Positions 53,470 to 64,000 of a DNA stretch of 64,000 bases are shown here, piece by piece. Both the position numbers and the translations under genes were made by a program. Under the pieces are notes generated by a model that saw nothing but the letters and a program-made list of their open reading frames with translations, searched no databases and was not told the DNA's origin. Origin of the DNA: Colwellia psychrerythraea (GTDB lineage: Bacteria; Pseudomonadota; Gammaproteobacteria; Enterobacterales; Alteromonadaceae); assembly GCA_002163005.1 (NCBI GenBank), contig MAAF01000024.1, positions 1,933 to 65,932 of the forward strand, given 5' to 3'. The first letter of the stretch is position 1. Each line of letters begins with the position of its first letter.

Positions 53470-54333
53470 TCAAGCAAGTAATAGGTAACAAAGAGCAAAA
53501 ACAGGTGCTGTTGCCGTTAGACTATCTATTCTATCTAAGATACCGCCATGACCGGGTAGTATAGTACCACTATCTTTAACCCCAGCTTGTCGTTTAAACA
53601 TACTCTCGGTTAAATCACCTAAAACAGAAATTGAGGTAATCAATAGTGTCACTAACAATGCAGTCATGAATTTATCACTTGACCATTGTAATGAAATTCC
53701 GACTATCACGGTTAATATGCCAGCACAAACAACACCACCTAAAAAACCTTCAATGGTTTTCCCAGGGCTAACATTGGGCATTAGTTTATGTTTACCGAGT
53801 GATTTTCCGACAAAGTAGGCACCTACATCCGCACTCCACACCAGCATAAACAAGTACATCAACAACTGCGCACCTTGAAACTCATCTAACATATAATCAT
53901 TAGTACGCAAAACCATAAAGGCAAGCCATGTAGGTACTAAAGTTAACCAACCAAATAATGCAATTATAAATTTATTATTGGCCCAAAAGGGGCTCGACTT
54001 GGGGTATGAAAACATCAAAAAAGCAGCGAATAACCACCAAATAGTACTTAACCACAGCATTGAAGTAATTTCATGTTGTATACCAGATATCACTAACCAT
54101 GTTTCATCCACCGGTAACATAAACCATAAAAGCGCTATTAAAGCGCTAGTCATTACAACATAGCCTAAACGTTGAATAGTATTAACCAACCCCATAAAAC
54201 GGGCCCATTCCCATGCACCTATGGCAATAATTGCCATTAAAAGTCCTGCGAAATAGCTAATGGGTAAATAGAAAATTGCTGAGACTGCAGCTGGTGCTAA
54301 TATTAAAGCCGTTATAATTCGTTGTTTTAACAA
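53470..54333 (-). CDS. cdsA: Phosphatidate cytidylyltransferase
   Basis: 287 aa; SPGKTIEG, GHGGILDRIDS. Confidence 0.95.
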   Translation of the reverse strand: MLKQRIITALILAPAAVSAIFYLPISYFAGLLMAIIAIGAWEWARFMGLVNTIQRLGYVVMTSALIALLWFMLPVDETWLVISGIQHEITSMLWLSTIWWLFAAFLMFSYPKSSPFWANNKFIIALFGWLTLVPTWLAFMVLRTNDYMLDEFQGAQLLMYLFMLVWSADVGAYFVGKSLGKHKLMPNVSPGKTIEGFLGGVVCAGILTVIVGISLQWSSDKFMTALLVTLLITSISVLGDLTESMFKRQAGVKDSGTILPGHGGILDRIDSLTATAPVFALCYLLLA

Positions 54334-54455
54334 GGGCTACCCTTTTATTTTTAGTAGATAGTTTAATGGACTATACGCTAGTCAGGCAAGCTCTGAGTAC
54401 TGGTACTCGGCTTGCTGTTTTTAATTATATTTTTCTTAATTATATTGTTTGCTAA

Positions 54456-55220
54456 CTATATTTTTGCGTTTCTTGCTTGTTCGCCAGTTTTACCAAAACG
54501 ACGCTCACGGTGATCAAAGCAGCTAATGGCTTCTAGAAATTGCATTTCATTAAAATCAGGCCATAGCGTATCTGTGAAATAAAGTTCAGCATAAGCTGCT
54601 TGCCATAAGAGAAAATTACTAATGCGATAATCACCACCGGTACGAATGAGCAGATCTAATGTAGGGAGGTCTGCTAGACAGGTTTGCTCATTGAGTGACT
54701 CTTCGTTGATATCATCAAGGGTCATAGTGCCTTGCTTGACATCAGAGGCTAATTTTTTAGCCGCTTGAACGATATCCCAACGACCACCATAATTTGCTGC
54801 AATAGATAAAACTAAACCTGTATTATCTGCGGTAAGTTGCTCTGATTTAGCAATGTTTTTTTGTAATTTATCAGAAAAACGGCTTAAATCACCCACCACT
54901 TGAAAGCGAATATTATGCTTATGTAAACGCTTAACTTCTTTAGTTAACACATACATAAACAAATCCATCAGTACACCAACTTCTTTTGCCGGGCGTTGCC
55001 AATTCTCACTACTAAAAGCGAAGAGTGTCAACGCTTTAATATTCGATTTTCGTGCACTAGCAACAACCGCTCGCACTGATTCAACACCAGCTTTGTGCCC
55101 TGAAACTCGTCCCTTACCTTGTAGCTGTGCCCAGCGACCATTACCATCCATGATGATAGCAATATGTTGAGGAATATTTTTATTATCAGCCTGTTCAGCT
55201 AAAACTTCGATTTTATTCAC
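54456..55220 (-). CDS. uppS: Undecaprenyl diphosphate synthase
   Basis: 254 aa; [23 protein letters not shown]. Confidence 0.95.
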   Translation of the reverse strand: MNKIEVLAEQADNKNIPQHIAIIMDGNGRWAQLQGKGRVSGHKAGVESVRAVVASARKSNIKALTLFAFSSENWQRPAKEVGVLMDLFMYVLTKEVKRLHKHNIRFQVVGDLSRFSDKLQKNIAKSEQLTADNTGLVLSIAANYGGRWDIVQAAKKLASDVKQGTMTLDDINEESLNEQTCLADLPTLDLLIRTGGDYRISNFLLWQAAYAELYFTDTLWPDFNEMQFLEAISCFDHRERRFGKTGEQARNAKI

Positions 55221-55314
55221 TTAACAATTTTCCATTTATTATCTAAGTCACTATTAATAAAAAAACGCCAGTTGACTGAATAGCAGCAACATGGCGTTAT
55301 TTTATTAGAAGAAC

Positions 55315-55872
55315 TTATATTTCCATTAGTTCCGCTTCTTTCTTCACAAGCACTTCATCCACTTGCTTCACAAAAATATCGGTGATCTTTTGAATTGAAT
55401 CTTCAGCTTGATGATGATCATCTTCACTGATTTCCTTTTCTTTTAACAGACTTTTAAAATCAGAATTTGCATCACGGCGAATATTACGGATAGCAACTTT
55501 GCCGCCTTCGGCTTCACCACGAACTACTTTAACCAAATCTTTACGACGTTCTTCTGTAAGCGGTGGTAATGGAATACGTATTAGCGTGCCATTCGATTGA
55601 GGATTTAAACCTAAATCAGATTTCATAATTGCTTTTTCAACAGCTGAAATCATACCTTTATCAAAAACCGTAATAGAAAGATTACGTGCATCAGGCACTG
55701 AAACATTACCTACTTGATTTAATGGGGTATCCATGCCGTAATATTCAACAACAATATTATCTAATAATGAGGCATGTGCACGACCCGTTCTTATTTTAGT
55801 CAAACTAGTTTTCAAAGCATCGATACTTTTGCCCATACGGTCTTGAGCATCTTCAATTATTTCATCTATCAC
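55315..55872 (-). CDS. frr: Ribosome recycling factor
   Basis: 185 aa; [15 protein letters not shown]. Confidence 0.96.
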   Translation of the reverse strand: MIDEIIEDAQDRMGKSIDALKTSLTKIRTGRAHASLLDNIVVEYYGMDTPLNQVGNVSVPDARNLSITVFDKGMISAVEKAIMKSDLGLNPQSNGTLIRIPLPPLTEERRKDLVKVVRGEAEGGKVAIRNIRRDANSDFKSLLKEKEISEDDHHQAEDSIQKITDIFVKQVDEVLVKKEAELMEI

Positions 55873-55952
55873 GATAATTTCCCTAAATATTAATAAGTTA
55901 ATTTAAGCCCAGGTTTTGTATCCCTCTAGGCTTACTCACTCTTAGTTTTGAC

Positions 55953-56696
55953 TTAAGTCTCAATACGTTTTTTGTGTGAAATCACTGTGCCTTCACTACC
56001 GCCCATAATGACAGATTTCAATGCACCAGCTTTATTCATATTAAATACACGAATAGGCATATTATGATCACGTGCTAAAGTAAAGGCAGCTAAGTCCATC
56101 ACTTTTAATTCTTTGTCGAGTACTTCATCATAACTTAGTTCAGTATAAAGCTCAGCTTCGGGGTTTTTCACTGGATCTTCTGAATATATCCCATCAACTT
56201 TTGTTGCTTTAAATACAGCATCAGCTTCGATTTCTATACCGCGTAAACATGCTGCTGAATCTGTAGTGAAAAATGGATTACCTGTACCAGCAGAAAAAAT
56301 CACTACACGACCAGATTTTAATAAACTGATGGCATTTGCCCAATTGTAACGTTCACATACACCGGCTAAATCTATGGCTGACATCAAACGTGTATTTACA
56401 AATGCACGATGTAGCGCGTCACGCATTGCTAAGCCATTCATTACGGTAGCAAGCATACCCATTTGATCGCCAACAACACGATTCATACCGGCTTCAGCTA
56501 AACCAGCACCACGAAATAAATTACCACCGCCGATAACTAGACCCACTTGGATACCCATTTCTACCAGCTCTTTGATTTCTTGAGCCATGCGGTCAAGTAC
56601 TTTAGGATCAATTCCAAAACCCTCGTCCCCCATTAGCGCTTCACCACTGAGTTTTAATAGAATTCGTCGATAAGCAGGTTTAGGATTGGTTGTCAT
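55953..56696 (-). CDS. pyrH: UMP kinase
   Basis: 247 aa; [23 protein letters not shown]. Confidence 0.96.
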   Translation of the reverse strand: MTTNPKPAYRRILLKLSGEALMGDEGFGIDPKVLDRMAQEIKELVEMGIQVGLVIGGGNLFRGAGLAEAGMNRVVGDQMGMLATVMNGLAMRDALHRAFVNTRLMSAIDLAGVCERYNWANAISLLKSGRVVIFSAGTGNPFFTTDSAACLRGIEIEADAVFKATKVDGIYSEDPVKNPEAELYTELSYDEVLDKELKVMDLAAFTLARDHNMPIRVFNMNKAGALKSVIMGGSEGTVISHKKRIET

Positions 56697-56852
56697 AGGG
56701 AGAAATTCCTGTCGCGGTTAAAGTAATAAAATTTAAGCAAAAAAATAGCCGAGGTCAAAAGACCGCGGCTATTTTAATACGTTTAGCCCACACACGATAG
56801 TCTAAACTGAAAAAACTCTATTTTTATTCCATAAAGAGTAAAAAATAGGCAT

Positions 56853-56883
56853 AAAAAAACGCCTACCAAAGTAGACGTTTTTT
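56853..56883 (-). terminator. Terminator after tsf
   Basis: AAAAAAACGCCTAC-CAAA-GTAGACGTTTTTT hairpin. Confidence 0.65.
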
Positions 56884-56941
56884 AGTAATTCAGGCTATTT
56901 GATTCTGCTAGTAATAAAACTAAACTATCAAATAAAACGAA

Positions 56942-57790
56942 TTAAGCTTTAGCAGCAGCAATCTGTGCTTCTACTTCAGCAGCGAAATCTTCTTCTTTCT
57001 TCTCGATACCTTCACCAACTTCTAAACGTACGAAGTTAGAAACAGTGATACCTTTCTCAGTAAGAACAGCACCAACAGTTTTCTTAGGTTCCATGATGAA
57101 AGCTTGACCAGTTAAAGAAACTTCACCTGTAAACTTCTTCATGCGGCCTGTAACCATCTTCTCAGCGATTTCTTCAGGCTTGCCTTCGTTCATCGCCATT
57201 TCGATTTGAATGCGCTTTTCATTGGCAACAACATCAGCGGGAACGTCATCAGGAGTTAAGAACTCAGGCTTGCTTGCAGCAACGTGCATAGCAATATGCT
57301 TAAGTGATTCTGCATCACCTTCACCAGCAACAACAACACCAATAGTAGCGCCATGGCTATATGATGCTAAAGTAACACCTTCAATGTATTCTACGCGACG
57401 AACATTGATGTTTTCACCAATTTTAGTCACAAGCGTAATACGCTTTTCTTCGAATTGTGCTTGTAGCTCTGCGATTGTTACTTTTGAAGCAAGGGCCGCA
57501 TCAGCAACTTCGTTAGCAAAACCTAAGAAGTTATCATCTTTTGCTACGAAATCAGTTTGACAGTTAACTTCAACTAATGCAGCAACGCCGCCAGCAGTTT
57601 TAATTAAAATAGCACCTTCAGCAGCGATATTACCAGCTTTCTTAGCCGCTTTAGCTTGACCGTTCTTACGCATATTTTCAATCGCAAGTTCCATGTCGCC
57701 TTCAGCTTCTACTAAAGCATTTTTACAATCCATCATGCCCGCAGCTGTGCGTGCACGAAGTTCTTTAACCATTGCAGCAGTAATTGCCAT
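56942..57790 (-). CDS. tsf: Elongation factor Ts
   Basis: 282 aa; [15 protein letters not shown]. Confidence 0.97.
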   Translation of the reverse strand: MAITAAMVKELRARTAAGMMDCKNALVEAEGDMELAIENMRKNGQAKAAKKAGNIAAEGAILIKTAGGVAALVEVNCQTDFVAKDDNFLGFANEVADAALASKVTIAELQAQFEEKRITLVTKIGENINVRRVEYIEGVTLASYSHGATIGVVVAGEGDAESLKHIAMHVAASKPEFLTPDDVPADVVANEKRIQIEMAMNEGKPEEIAEKMVTGRMKKFTGEVSLTGQAFIMEPKKTVGAVLTEKGITVSNFVRLEVGEGIEKKEEDFAAEVEAQIAAAKA

Positions 57791-57924
57791 GAGTTAATTC
57801 CTCGGTTTTCAGTTATCCCCTAATTTGAATTATCAGTAAATCAATGTAGGGTATAAATATTAAATAAGTTGCCACAAAAGCGTGCTTTTGTGGCAATAGA
57901 AAATAAACGTATTGTTAACTAAGA

Positions 57925-58653
57925 TTACTCAGCTTCAACAAAACCGTCTTTTTCAGCTTGTACTACGATGTTTTGCTCACGGCCGCTAAGCACTGAGTTA
58001 GCAACAGCATCACAGTATAAAGTGACAGCACGAATTGCATCATCGTTACCTGGAACAACGTAATCAACGCCATCAGGGTTTGAGTTAGTATCAACAACAG
58101 AAATTACTGGGATACCAAGGTTGTTTGCTTCTTTAATAGCAATGTGCTCGTGATCAGCATCAATGATAAATAAAACGTCAGGTAAACCACCCATGTTTTT
58201 GATACCACCTAAGCTTTTATCAAGCTTTTCCATTTCACGAGTACGCATTAACGCTTCTTTCTTAGTTAACGCTTCGAAAGTACCGTCAGTGCTTTGAGAT
58301 TCTAAATCTTTTAAACGTTTGATAGATTGACGAACTGTTTTCCAGTTAGTCAACATACCACCTAACCAACGGTGGTTAACGAAAAACTGATCAGATTTGA
58401 TCGCAGCGTCTTTGATTGCATCACTTGCAGCACGCTTAGTACCTACAAATAATACTTTACCTTTTTTCGATGAAACATTGTTTACAAAAGCAAGTGCTTC
58501 ATTGAACATTGGAACTGTTTGTTCAAGGTTAATGATATGAACTTTATCGCGAGCACCAAAAATGAACGGTTTCATTTTTGGATTCCAGTAACGAGTTTTG
58601 TGACCGAAGTGAACACCTGCTTTAAGCATATCGCGCATTGAAACGTTTGACAT
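57925..58653 (-). CDS. rpsB: 30S ribosomal protein S2
   Basis: 242 aa; [24 protein letters not shown]. Confidence 0.97.
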   Translation of the reverse strand: MSNVSMRDMLKAGVHFGHKTRYWNPKMKPFIFGARDKVHIINLEQTVPMFNEALAFVNNVSSKKGKVLFVGTKRAASDAIKDAAIKSDQFFVNHRWLGGMLTNWKTVRQSIKRLKDLESQSTDGTFEALTKKEALMRTREMEKLDKSLGGIKNMGGLPDVLFIIDADHEHIAIKEANNLGIPVISVVDTNSNPDGVDYVVPGNDDAIRAVTLYCDAVANSVLSGREQNIVVQAEKDGFVEAE

Positions 58654-58668
58654 TTTTCTTTCCTTTAT

Positions 58669-58772
58669 GGGGTTAAGCGTTCATACATCCAATATACACG
58701 ACTCTTTTATTTCGACTTTCATAGCCAAAAGCTGAGCACCCCGGTATACCTTTAATAGATGTATGTGAGTTT
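58669..58772 (-). ncRNA. rpsB leader (t44 / S2 autoregulatory element)
   Basis: Minus strand CACATAC...CCGGGGTGC...GTCG...GTATG...TAACCCC, the conserved blocks of the gammaproteobacterial S2 leader. Confidence 0.8.
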
Positions 58773-58903
58773 ATAATAATGACTTATAAGCCAAAAAACT
58801 AAAAAGCCTCTTGTTCAAATAGCCGATTTAAATTGTCACTTAACCAAGCTAACCCCTTTATTGTCGTTTATAAAAAAGACAAATCAGATTAACTAAAAAT
58901 TAA

Positions 58904-58921
58904 GCGCCGCATTTTATACCA
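58904..58921 (-). promoter_or_regulatory. Extended -10 promoter with GC-rich discriminator for rpsB-tsf
   Basis: Minus strand TGG-TATAAA-AT-GCGGCGC. Confidence 0.55.
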
Positions 58922-59058
58922 TAAAAAGGATCCTTTAGCGAGGTAAAAATGATTTGTCATCAAATGTCGATTTATAGTGGGATATTCGGACAAGGCGAGT
59001 TAAAATCATCAGATATAGATATATTTAATTAAAATCATCAACTTTTGTAGAGTAAATA

Positions 59059-59679
59059 ATGGCAGCAGAATTATTTTTCATTTATGACAGTCACTGTCCG
59101 TGGAGTTATGCAGCAACTCCCTTAGTGAATGCGGTAAACCAAGCGTTACCAGAAGTGGCTTTGAATTTATGGCATTGCGCCTACTTTTCAGATGCCGACG
59201 GCGAGAATATAATAACCAAACAACAAATAGCTCAAGTTAAAGAATTGTCTTCGGTTAACTTTTCACCTGATTATATGAGTAAGTTAACACAAGGAAAAGA
59301 TTCTACCTTATGTGCCAACCTCATGACTTGGGCTGTAGGTAAAACACCACAGCAAGCATTAGCATTATTAAACGCTCTGCAAGCAGCACATTTCTCAGCA
59401 GGTAATGACCTAAGTGAGCAAGCAGATTTGAACGACATCATTGATGAGTTCAAATTATCTGTACCGGCAAAAGTGATTAATAAAACCAAATTAACCACTG
59501 ATGCGGCGGCACAAGTGCATGAGATTTATGCACTACAAGATATAATAGGAACTCAAGCCATTCCTGCATTATTATTGGCTATAGATGATGAACTCATCCT
59601 ACTTAATCACAATTTTTACCTAGAAGATCCTAATGCCATCGTTGATGCGATAAAATTAGAGTTAAATAAATACAGTTAA
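59059..59679 (+). CDS. DsbA/thioredoxin-fold protein with CxxS motif
   Basis: 206 aa; FFIYDSHCPWSY near the N-terminus and QAIPALLL near the C-terminus, resembling 2-hydroxychromene isomerase/DsbA-family layout. Confidence 0.6.
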   Translation: MAAELFFIYDSHCPWSYAATPLVNAVNQALPEVALNLWHCAYFSDADGENIITKQQIAQVKELSSVNFSPDYMSKLTQGKDSTLCANLMTWAVGKTPQQALALLNALQAAHFSAGNDLSEQADLNDIIDEFKLSVPAKVINKTKLTTDAAAQVHEIYALQDIIGTQAIPALLLAIDDELILLNHNFYLEDPNAIVDAIKLELNKYS

Positions 59680-59722
59680 CTTGCTATCTTATTAGCACGT
59701 TGTTCATCGATAATGATGAAAT

Positions 59723-59893
59723 CATACCAATGACATTAATTATGGATTATAGCTTCCATTGTAAATAAGCAATGAAAATAAATCTTCAAAAGCAAGGCGC
59801 TTGATTGAGTAATAGCTGACTATTACAATTGAAAGCAACGACGTTATTGGATATTTAGGCCACTTACAAATGATCACTTAGTTATTGGTATTA
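59723..59893. repeat. MITE-like element upstream of map, inverted relative to 36396 and 39235 copies
   Basis: CATACCAA...TTGGTATTA; GCAAGGCGCTTGATTGAG...GAAAGCAACGACGTTATTGGATATTTAGGCCA matches the reverse complement of the other copies. Confidence 0.8.
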
Positions 59894-59959
59894 AAATTAA
59901 TTGAAAGCTTAGTCACAAATAATAATGCGACTAGCGTAAACTAAAAGAGATAGAACACG

Positions 59960-60748
59960 ATGGCCATCACCATAAAAAGCCAAGACGAAATAGCCAAAAT
60001 GCGTATTGCTGGACAATTAGCTGCTGACGTTTTAGAAATGATCGCTCCGCATGTAAAAGCTGGTGTTAGCACTGATGAACTCAATACCTTATGTGCCGAT
60101 TACACAGAAAATGTTCAACACGCTATATCTGCACCACTAAACTACCATCACTTCCCAAAGTCTATTTGTACTTCTGTTAATCATGTTGTTTGCCACGGTA
60201 TTCCTGATGCAACAGTGTTAGGTGATGGCGATATTATTAATATTGATATCACCGTAATTAAAGACGGTTATCATGGTGATACCAGTAAAATGTTTATTAT
60301 TGGTGAACCATCAGCTGAAGATAATCGCCTATGTCGTATTACTCAAGAGTCACTTTATTTAGCACTCAAGAAAGTTAAGCCAGGCGCCACTTTTGGTGAA
60401 ATTGGCGCAACTATTCAAAAGTTCATTAAAAAATCAGGTCGTTATTCTATTGTTAAAGACTATTGTGGTCATGGTATAGGTAAAGAGTTTCATGAAGAAC
60501 CACAAATTATGCACTATAAAAATAATGACAAAACTAAAATGGAAGTAGGCATGTGTTTCACCATTGAACCCATGGTGAACTTAGGCCGCGCAGGTACTAC
60601 TTTAGACAAAACTGATAACTGGACTGTTTATACAGCCGATGGTAAAAGATCCGCGCAATGGGAACACACCATTGTAGTAACTAAAACCGGTTGTGAGATT
60701 TTAACTTTACGTAAAGAAGAAACAATTGCGCGTATATTACATAATTAG
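59960..60748 (+). CDS. map: Methionine aminopeptidase
   Basis: 262 aa; CTSVNHVVCHGIP, DITV..DGYHGD, CGHGIG..FHEEP, EPMVN, QWEHT. Confidence 0.96.
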   Translation: MAITIKSQDEIAKMRIAGQLAADVLEMIAPHVKAGVSTDELNTLCADYTENVQHAISAPLNYHHFPKSICTSVNHVVCHGIPDATVLGDGDIINIDITVIKDGYHGDTSKMFIIGEPSAEDNRLCRITQESLYLALKKVKPGATFGEIGATIQKFIKKSGRYSIVKDYCGHGIGKEFHEEPQIMHYKNNDKTKMEVGMCFTIEPMVNLGRAGTTLDKTDNWTVYTADGKRSAQWEHTIVVTKTGCEILTLRKEETIARILHN

Positions 60749-60753
60749 TATAT

Positions 60754-61005
60754 AAACCTGTTACCACTCAAAGTGTAGGATTTCAGTAGGCGTTGAAATG
60801 ATTGTAGGCAAGTAAAATAATTAAAGCATAACCATTCTATGATTTGATTGTTTAGCCTTGTGTAAAGTAATTTTACGCCCATCAAAGAATTGTTAGAGTA
60901 ACATTACTCAGCATTGCTGTGACTTATAATATAATAAGTGTCAGCGTTTTGAATTGGACTAGCTAAAGCACTCTGAAGTATATATCTTGACTGGTAGCGG
61001 GTATA
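60754..61005. repeat. Long ERIC-like element between map and glnD
   Basis: Ends AAACCTGTTACCACTCAAAG / CTTGACTGGTAGCGGGTATA resemble 1079-1136; minus-strand CAAGGC (60860-60855) and AACGCC (60794-60789). Confidence 0.55.
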
Positions 61006-61047
61006 AAATACCTAACAGATTAACCGCTATAGATAAAAGGTAAGCTC

Positions 61048-63684
61048 TTGACTAGTCATTCCGTATCAGAACATATAGTACCACCGCATTTTATTGAGAA
61101 GTTAGCCGTTAGTGCTGACTTTTTATCTACTCGTGATATCTGCCAATTAAGCCAAACATTTAATACTTGGATAAAAGACGTTTTTATCGATAACGATATA
61201 AATGATTTATTAGCTGCGCGGGCTGTTTTTGTAGATGCTATTTTAAAGAAGCTTTGGTGTCAGCACCACCTTGATGAGTTTCAAATCACCTTGATTGCGG
61301 TGGGCGGCTATGGTCGTGGAGAATTACACCCTCAATCCGACGTTGATATATTACTATTAACACAAGAAGAAGTTGAGCTAGAACTTGAAGAAAAAATATC
61401 AAGTTTCATTACCCAACTTTGGGATATTAAACTTGATATTGGCCACAGTGTTCGTTCCATTAAAGAATGCTTAAAACAAGCGGTAAAAGAAGTAACCGTT
61501 GCTACCAATTTAATGGAGATGCGACAAGTTGCTGGTAATGAGACGCTTACTCAGCAGTTAACTCCTTTATTAAGTGAAGATGTTTTTTGGACCTCTGAAA
61601 GGTTCTTTATTGCCAAATGTAAAGAACAAGAAGCTAGACACCAACAATACCGTGGCGCCGCATATACCCTTGAACCGAATTTAAAAGCGAATCCCGGTGG
61701 TTTACGTGATATTCAAACTATCGCTTGGGTGGCCAAACGACACTTTTCAGCCGACTCTCTAGAAGAGCTTGTTGAGCACAACTACCTCTATCCAAATGAA
61801 TTTTTTGAGCTGTTAGAATCACAAGATTATCTATGGCGAATGCGCTTTGCATTGCACTTTGTTGCGGGACGTAGTGAAAACCGCCTCTTATTTGATTATC
61901 AAGCTGATGTTGCGAAAATGATGGGTTTTGGTGATGAAGGCAAAGCCCCTGTAGAACGAATGATGAAGCGTTTTTTTCGTATTATCGCTCGAGTGACTGA
62001 ATTAAATACCATGCTGCTACAGCATTTTGAACAAGCTATTATTAAAAAGCCTGAACAGAGTAGCGTGAGTATTATCAATCAAGATTTTGAAATGGTTGAT
62101 AAACTAATCAATACAAGAAATGATCGTATTTTTATGCGACCTGTCAAAATGATTGAAATGTTTTTAATTATTGCTCAAGAGCCTGGTATTAAAGGTATAC
62201 ACTCACATACGATGAGATTAATGCGCAATGCACGCAGACGATTAATTTCTGGGTTAATTGATTATGCTGAATGTCGCCGAATGTTTATGGCGATTATTCG
62301 TCATCCACGTGGTTTGGGTTTAGCATTAACTTTGATGCACAGACATAGCATACTAAGTTCATACTTACCGCTATGGCGTAATATTGCCGGGCAAATGCAA
62401 TTCGACCTTTTCCATGCATACTCAGTGGATGAGCACAGCTACCGAGTGATTAAGAATTTACACCAGTTTAGTCAAAAAGAGCATAATCATAAATTTCCAT
62501 TGTGTAGCAAAATAGTACAAAAAATTCGAAAGCCTGAGGTACTCTATCTAGCTGGATTTTTTCATGATATTGGCAAAGGTCGTGGTGGTGATCATGCTAA
62601 ATTAGGTGCTGTAGATGCCTTAACTTTTTGCTTATCGCATCAATTGAGCAGACATGACAGCAATATGGTGGCATGGCTTGTTGAACACCATTTATTAATG
62701 TCGGTTACTGCCCAGCGTCGTGACATTAATGACGAAAACGTCATTCGAACTTTTGGTGAAATAGTCCGAGACGAGGCACATTTAAATTACCTCTATTGTT
62801 TAACCGTTGCTGATATGCGCGGTACTAACGAAAGCCTTTGGAATAACTGGAAAGCAAACCTACTTGAAGAGCTTTATTTTAATACCTTGAGTGCTTTTAG
62901 ACATGGCTTAGAGAAACCCGTAGAAGTACGCTCTAAGATTCGTGAAAACCAGCAACAAGCTTTGGCTTTATTAAGCGAACAAAATATAGATGAACAAAGT
63001 ATTAAAGCCTTATGGCGTGAATTTAGAGTTGACTATTTTTTACGCTACTCACCAGAGCAAATAGCCCGACAATGTCAAAACATTCTCGAACATGATAGAG
63101 AGAAACCACTGGTATTAATTAGTCCTGTACCCTATAGAGGTGGTACGGAAGTATTTATTTTCACAAAAGAGAAAAATAATACTTTCGCCAATACCGTTTC
63201 CTTTTTGGTCACGAAAAAATTATCGATTCATGATGCAAAGATTATTACCACGAAAACCGGCTATACCGTAAATACCTTTGTAGTACTCGACAGTCGTAAT
63301 AAGCCTTTAAGAGAACGCTTTTATACCAAGGAAATGAGTCAAACCTTAGTTGATAGACTACAGCAAGTAAATATCTGCGAGCTTCCTGAACCAAAGCTTG
63401 CAAGACACATGAAAAAATTTAAAGTACCACTGCGCGTCAGCTTTATTAAAATACATGCAAAAAGCCGAACCATGATAGAGATAATAGCCTTGGATAGACC
63501 CGGTTTATTGTCCAATATTAGCCAAGTATTTCTAGAAGAACGGATTAATATTCACTCAGCAAAAATAACCACCTTTGGTGAGAAAGCTGATGATGTTTTT
63601 ACTATTTCTACTATAGAAGATGATGCCCTAACCGTGGAAGAGCAAGAAGCCCTAGCACTGCGATTAACACAAGAAATTGATTAA
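61048..63684 (+). CDS. glnD: PII uridylyltransferase/uridylyl-removing enzyme
   Basis: 878 aa; [20 protein letters not shown] motif HDIGKG, C-terminal ACT domains; TTG start. Confidence 0.95.
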   Translation: MTSHSVSEHIVPPHFIEKLAVSADFLSTRDICQLSQTFNTWIKDVFIDNDINDLLAARAVFVDAILKKLWCQHHLDEFQITLIAVGGYGRGELHPQSDVDILLLTQEEVELELEEKISSFITQLWDIKLDIGHSVRSIKECLKQAVKEVTVATNLMEMRQVAGNETLTQQLTPLLSEDVFWTSERFFIAKCKEQEARHQQYRGAAYTLEPNLKANPGGLRDIQTIAWVAKRHFSADSLEELVEHNYLYPNEFFELLESQDYLWRMRFALHFVAGRSENRLLFDYQADVAKMMGFGDEGKAPVERMMKRFFRIIARVTELNTMLLQHFEQAIIKKPEQSSVSIINQDFEMVDKLINTRNDRIFMRPVKMIEMFLIIAQEPGIKGIHSHTMRLMRNARRRLISGLIDYAECRRMFMAIIRHPRGLGLALTLMHRHSILSSYLPLWRNIAGQMQFDLFHAYSVDEHSYRVIKNLHQFSQKEHNHKFPLCSKIVQKIRKPEVLYLAGFFHDIGKGRGGDHAKLGAVDALTFCLSHQLSRHDSNMVAWLVEHHLLMSVTAQRRDINDENVIRTFGEIVRDEAHLNYLYCLTVADMRGTNESLWNNWKANLLEELYFNTLSAFRHGLEKPVEVRSKIRENQQQALALLSEQNIDEQSIKALWREFRVDYFLRYSPEQIARQCQNILEHDREKPLVLISPVPYRGGTEVFIFTKEKNNTFANTVSFLVTKKLSIHDAKIITTKTGYTVNTFVVLDSRNKPLRERFYTKEMSQTLVDRLQQVNICELPEPKLARHMKKFKVPLRVSFIKIHAKSRTMIEIIALDRPGLLSNISQVFLEERINIHSAKITTFGEKADDVFTISTIEDDALTVEEQEALALRLTQEID

Positions 63685-63726
63685 TAAATTCTTTATAAAC
63701 AAATAAATTTCAAATAGGAAAGCCTA

Positions 63727-64000
63727 ATGACAGATTTAACACATTTAGCCAGCGTAATTGAACAAGCCTTTGAAGAAAGAGCCAATATTTCGCCTGCAAC
63801 CGTTTCAAGTGATATTAAAAACGCAGTGCTTGATGCTTTAGCCGCATTAAACAACGGTAGTGCGCGCGTAGCAGAGAAAGTAGATGGCAGTTGGCATGTA
63901 AACCAATGGCTTAAAAAAGCGGTATTACTTTCTTTTCGTATCTGGGATAACCAAGTAATTGATGGTGCAGAAAGTACTTTTTTTGACAAAGTACCCATGA
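63727..64000 (+). CDS. dapD: Tetrahydrodipicolinate N-succinyltransferase (partial, runs off window end)
   Basis: Manual translation [19 protein letters not shown]...[17 protein letters not shown]...FFDKVPM; follows glnD. Confidence 0.92.
   Translation, partial: MTDLTHLASVIEQAFEERANISPATVSSDIKNAVLDALAALNNGSARVAEKVDGSWHVNQWLKKAVLLSFRIWDNQVIDGAESTFFDKVPM

Noticed and set aside
1-64000. tRNA, rRNA, transposase, integrase, prophage or defence-island genes
   Set aside because: None recognised on either strand; all long ORFs have housekeeping or metabolic assignments apart from those listed.

Overview
Core-chromosome segment of an AT-rich marine gammaproteobacterium. Gene content, gene order and repeat style suggest Colwellia or a close Alteromonadales relative (inference). 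1-13 kb: branched-chain amino acid catabolism (ivd-like thiolase, acyl-CoA dehydrogenase and hydrolase; liuR-liuABCDE; scoAB) with LiuR boxes. 13-24 kb: a variable block with a c-di-GMP-I riboswitch ahead of a secreted DUF3718-like protein, a patatin, a CPA2 antiporter, a diguanylate cyclase behind a sigma54-type promoter, a Cys-motif hypothetical, a DEAD-box helicase, a PsrA-like TetR regulator, a tandem pair of about 260-bp non-coding units and an ACE-like M2 peptidase. 24-37 kb: bkd operon, pgm-seqA, ybfF, ybfE-fldA-fur, a PhnA-domain protein and sstT. 37-64 kb: the conserved tilS-accA-dnaE-rnhB-lpxB-lpxA-fabZ-lpxD-skp-bamA-rseP-dxr-cdsA-uppS-frr-pyrH-tsf-rpsB / map-glnD-dapD cluster. No tRNA, rRNA, CRISPR array, transposase or prophage gene was seen. 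The unexplained signal is almost all intergenic: (i) the tandem candidate sRNA pair next to psrA, (ii) two identical 89-bp junction repeats, each encoding a 28-aa chimeric mini-ORF, between bkdA1 and bkdA2, and (iii) about a dozen nested palindromic repeats, several sharing a CAAGGC-N38-40-AACG core. All calls were made by reading the sequence; no database search was run.
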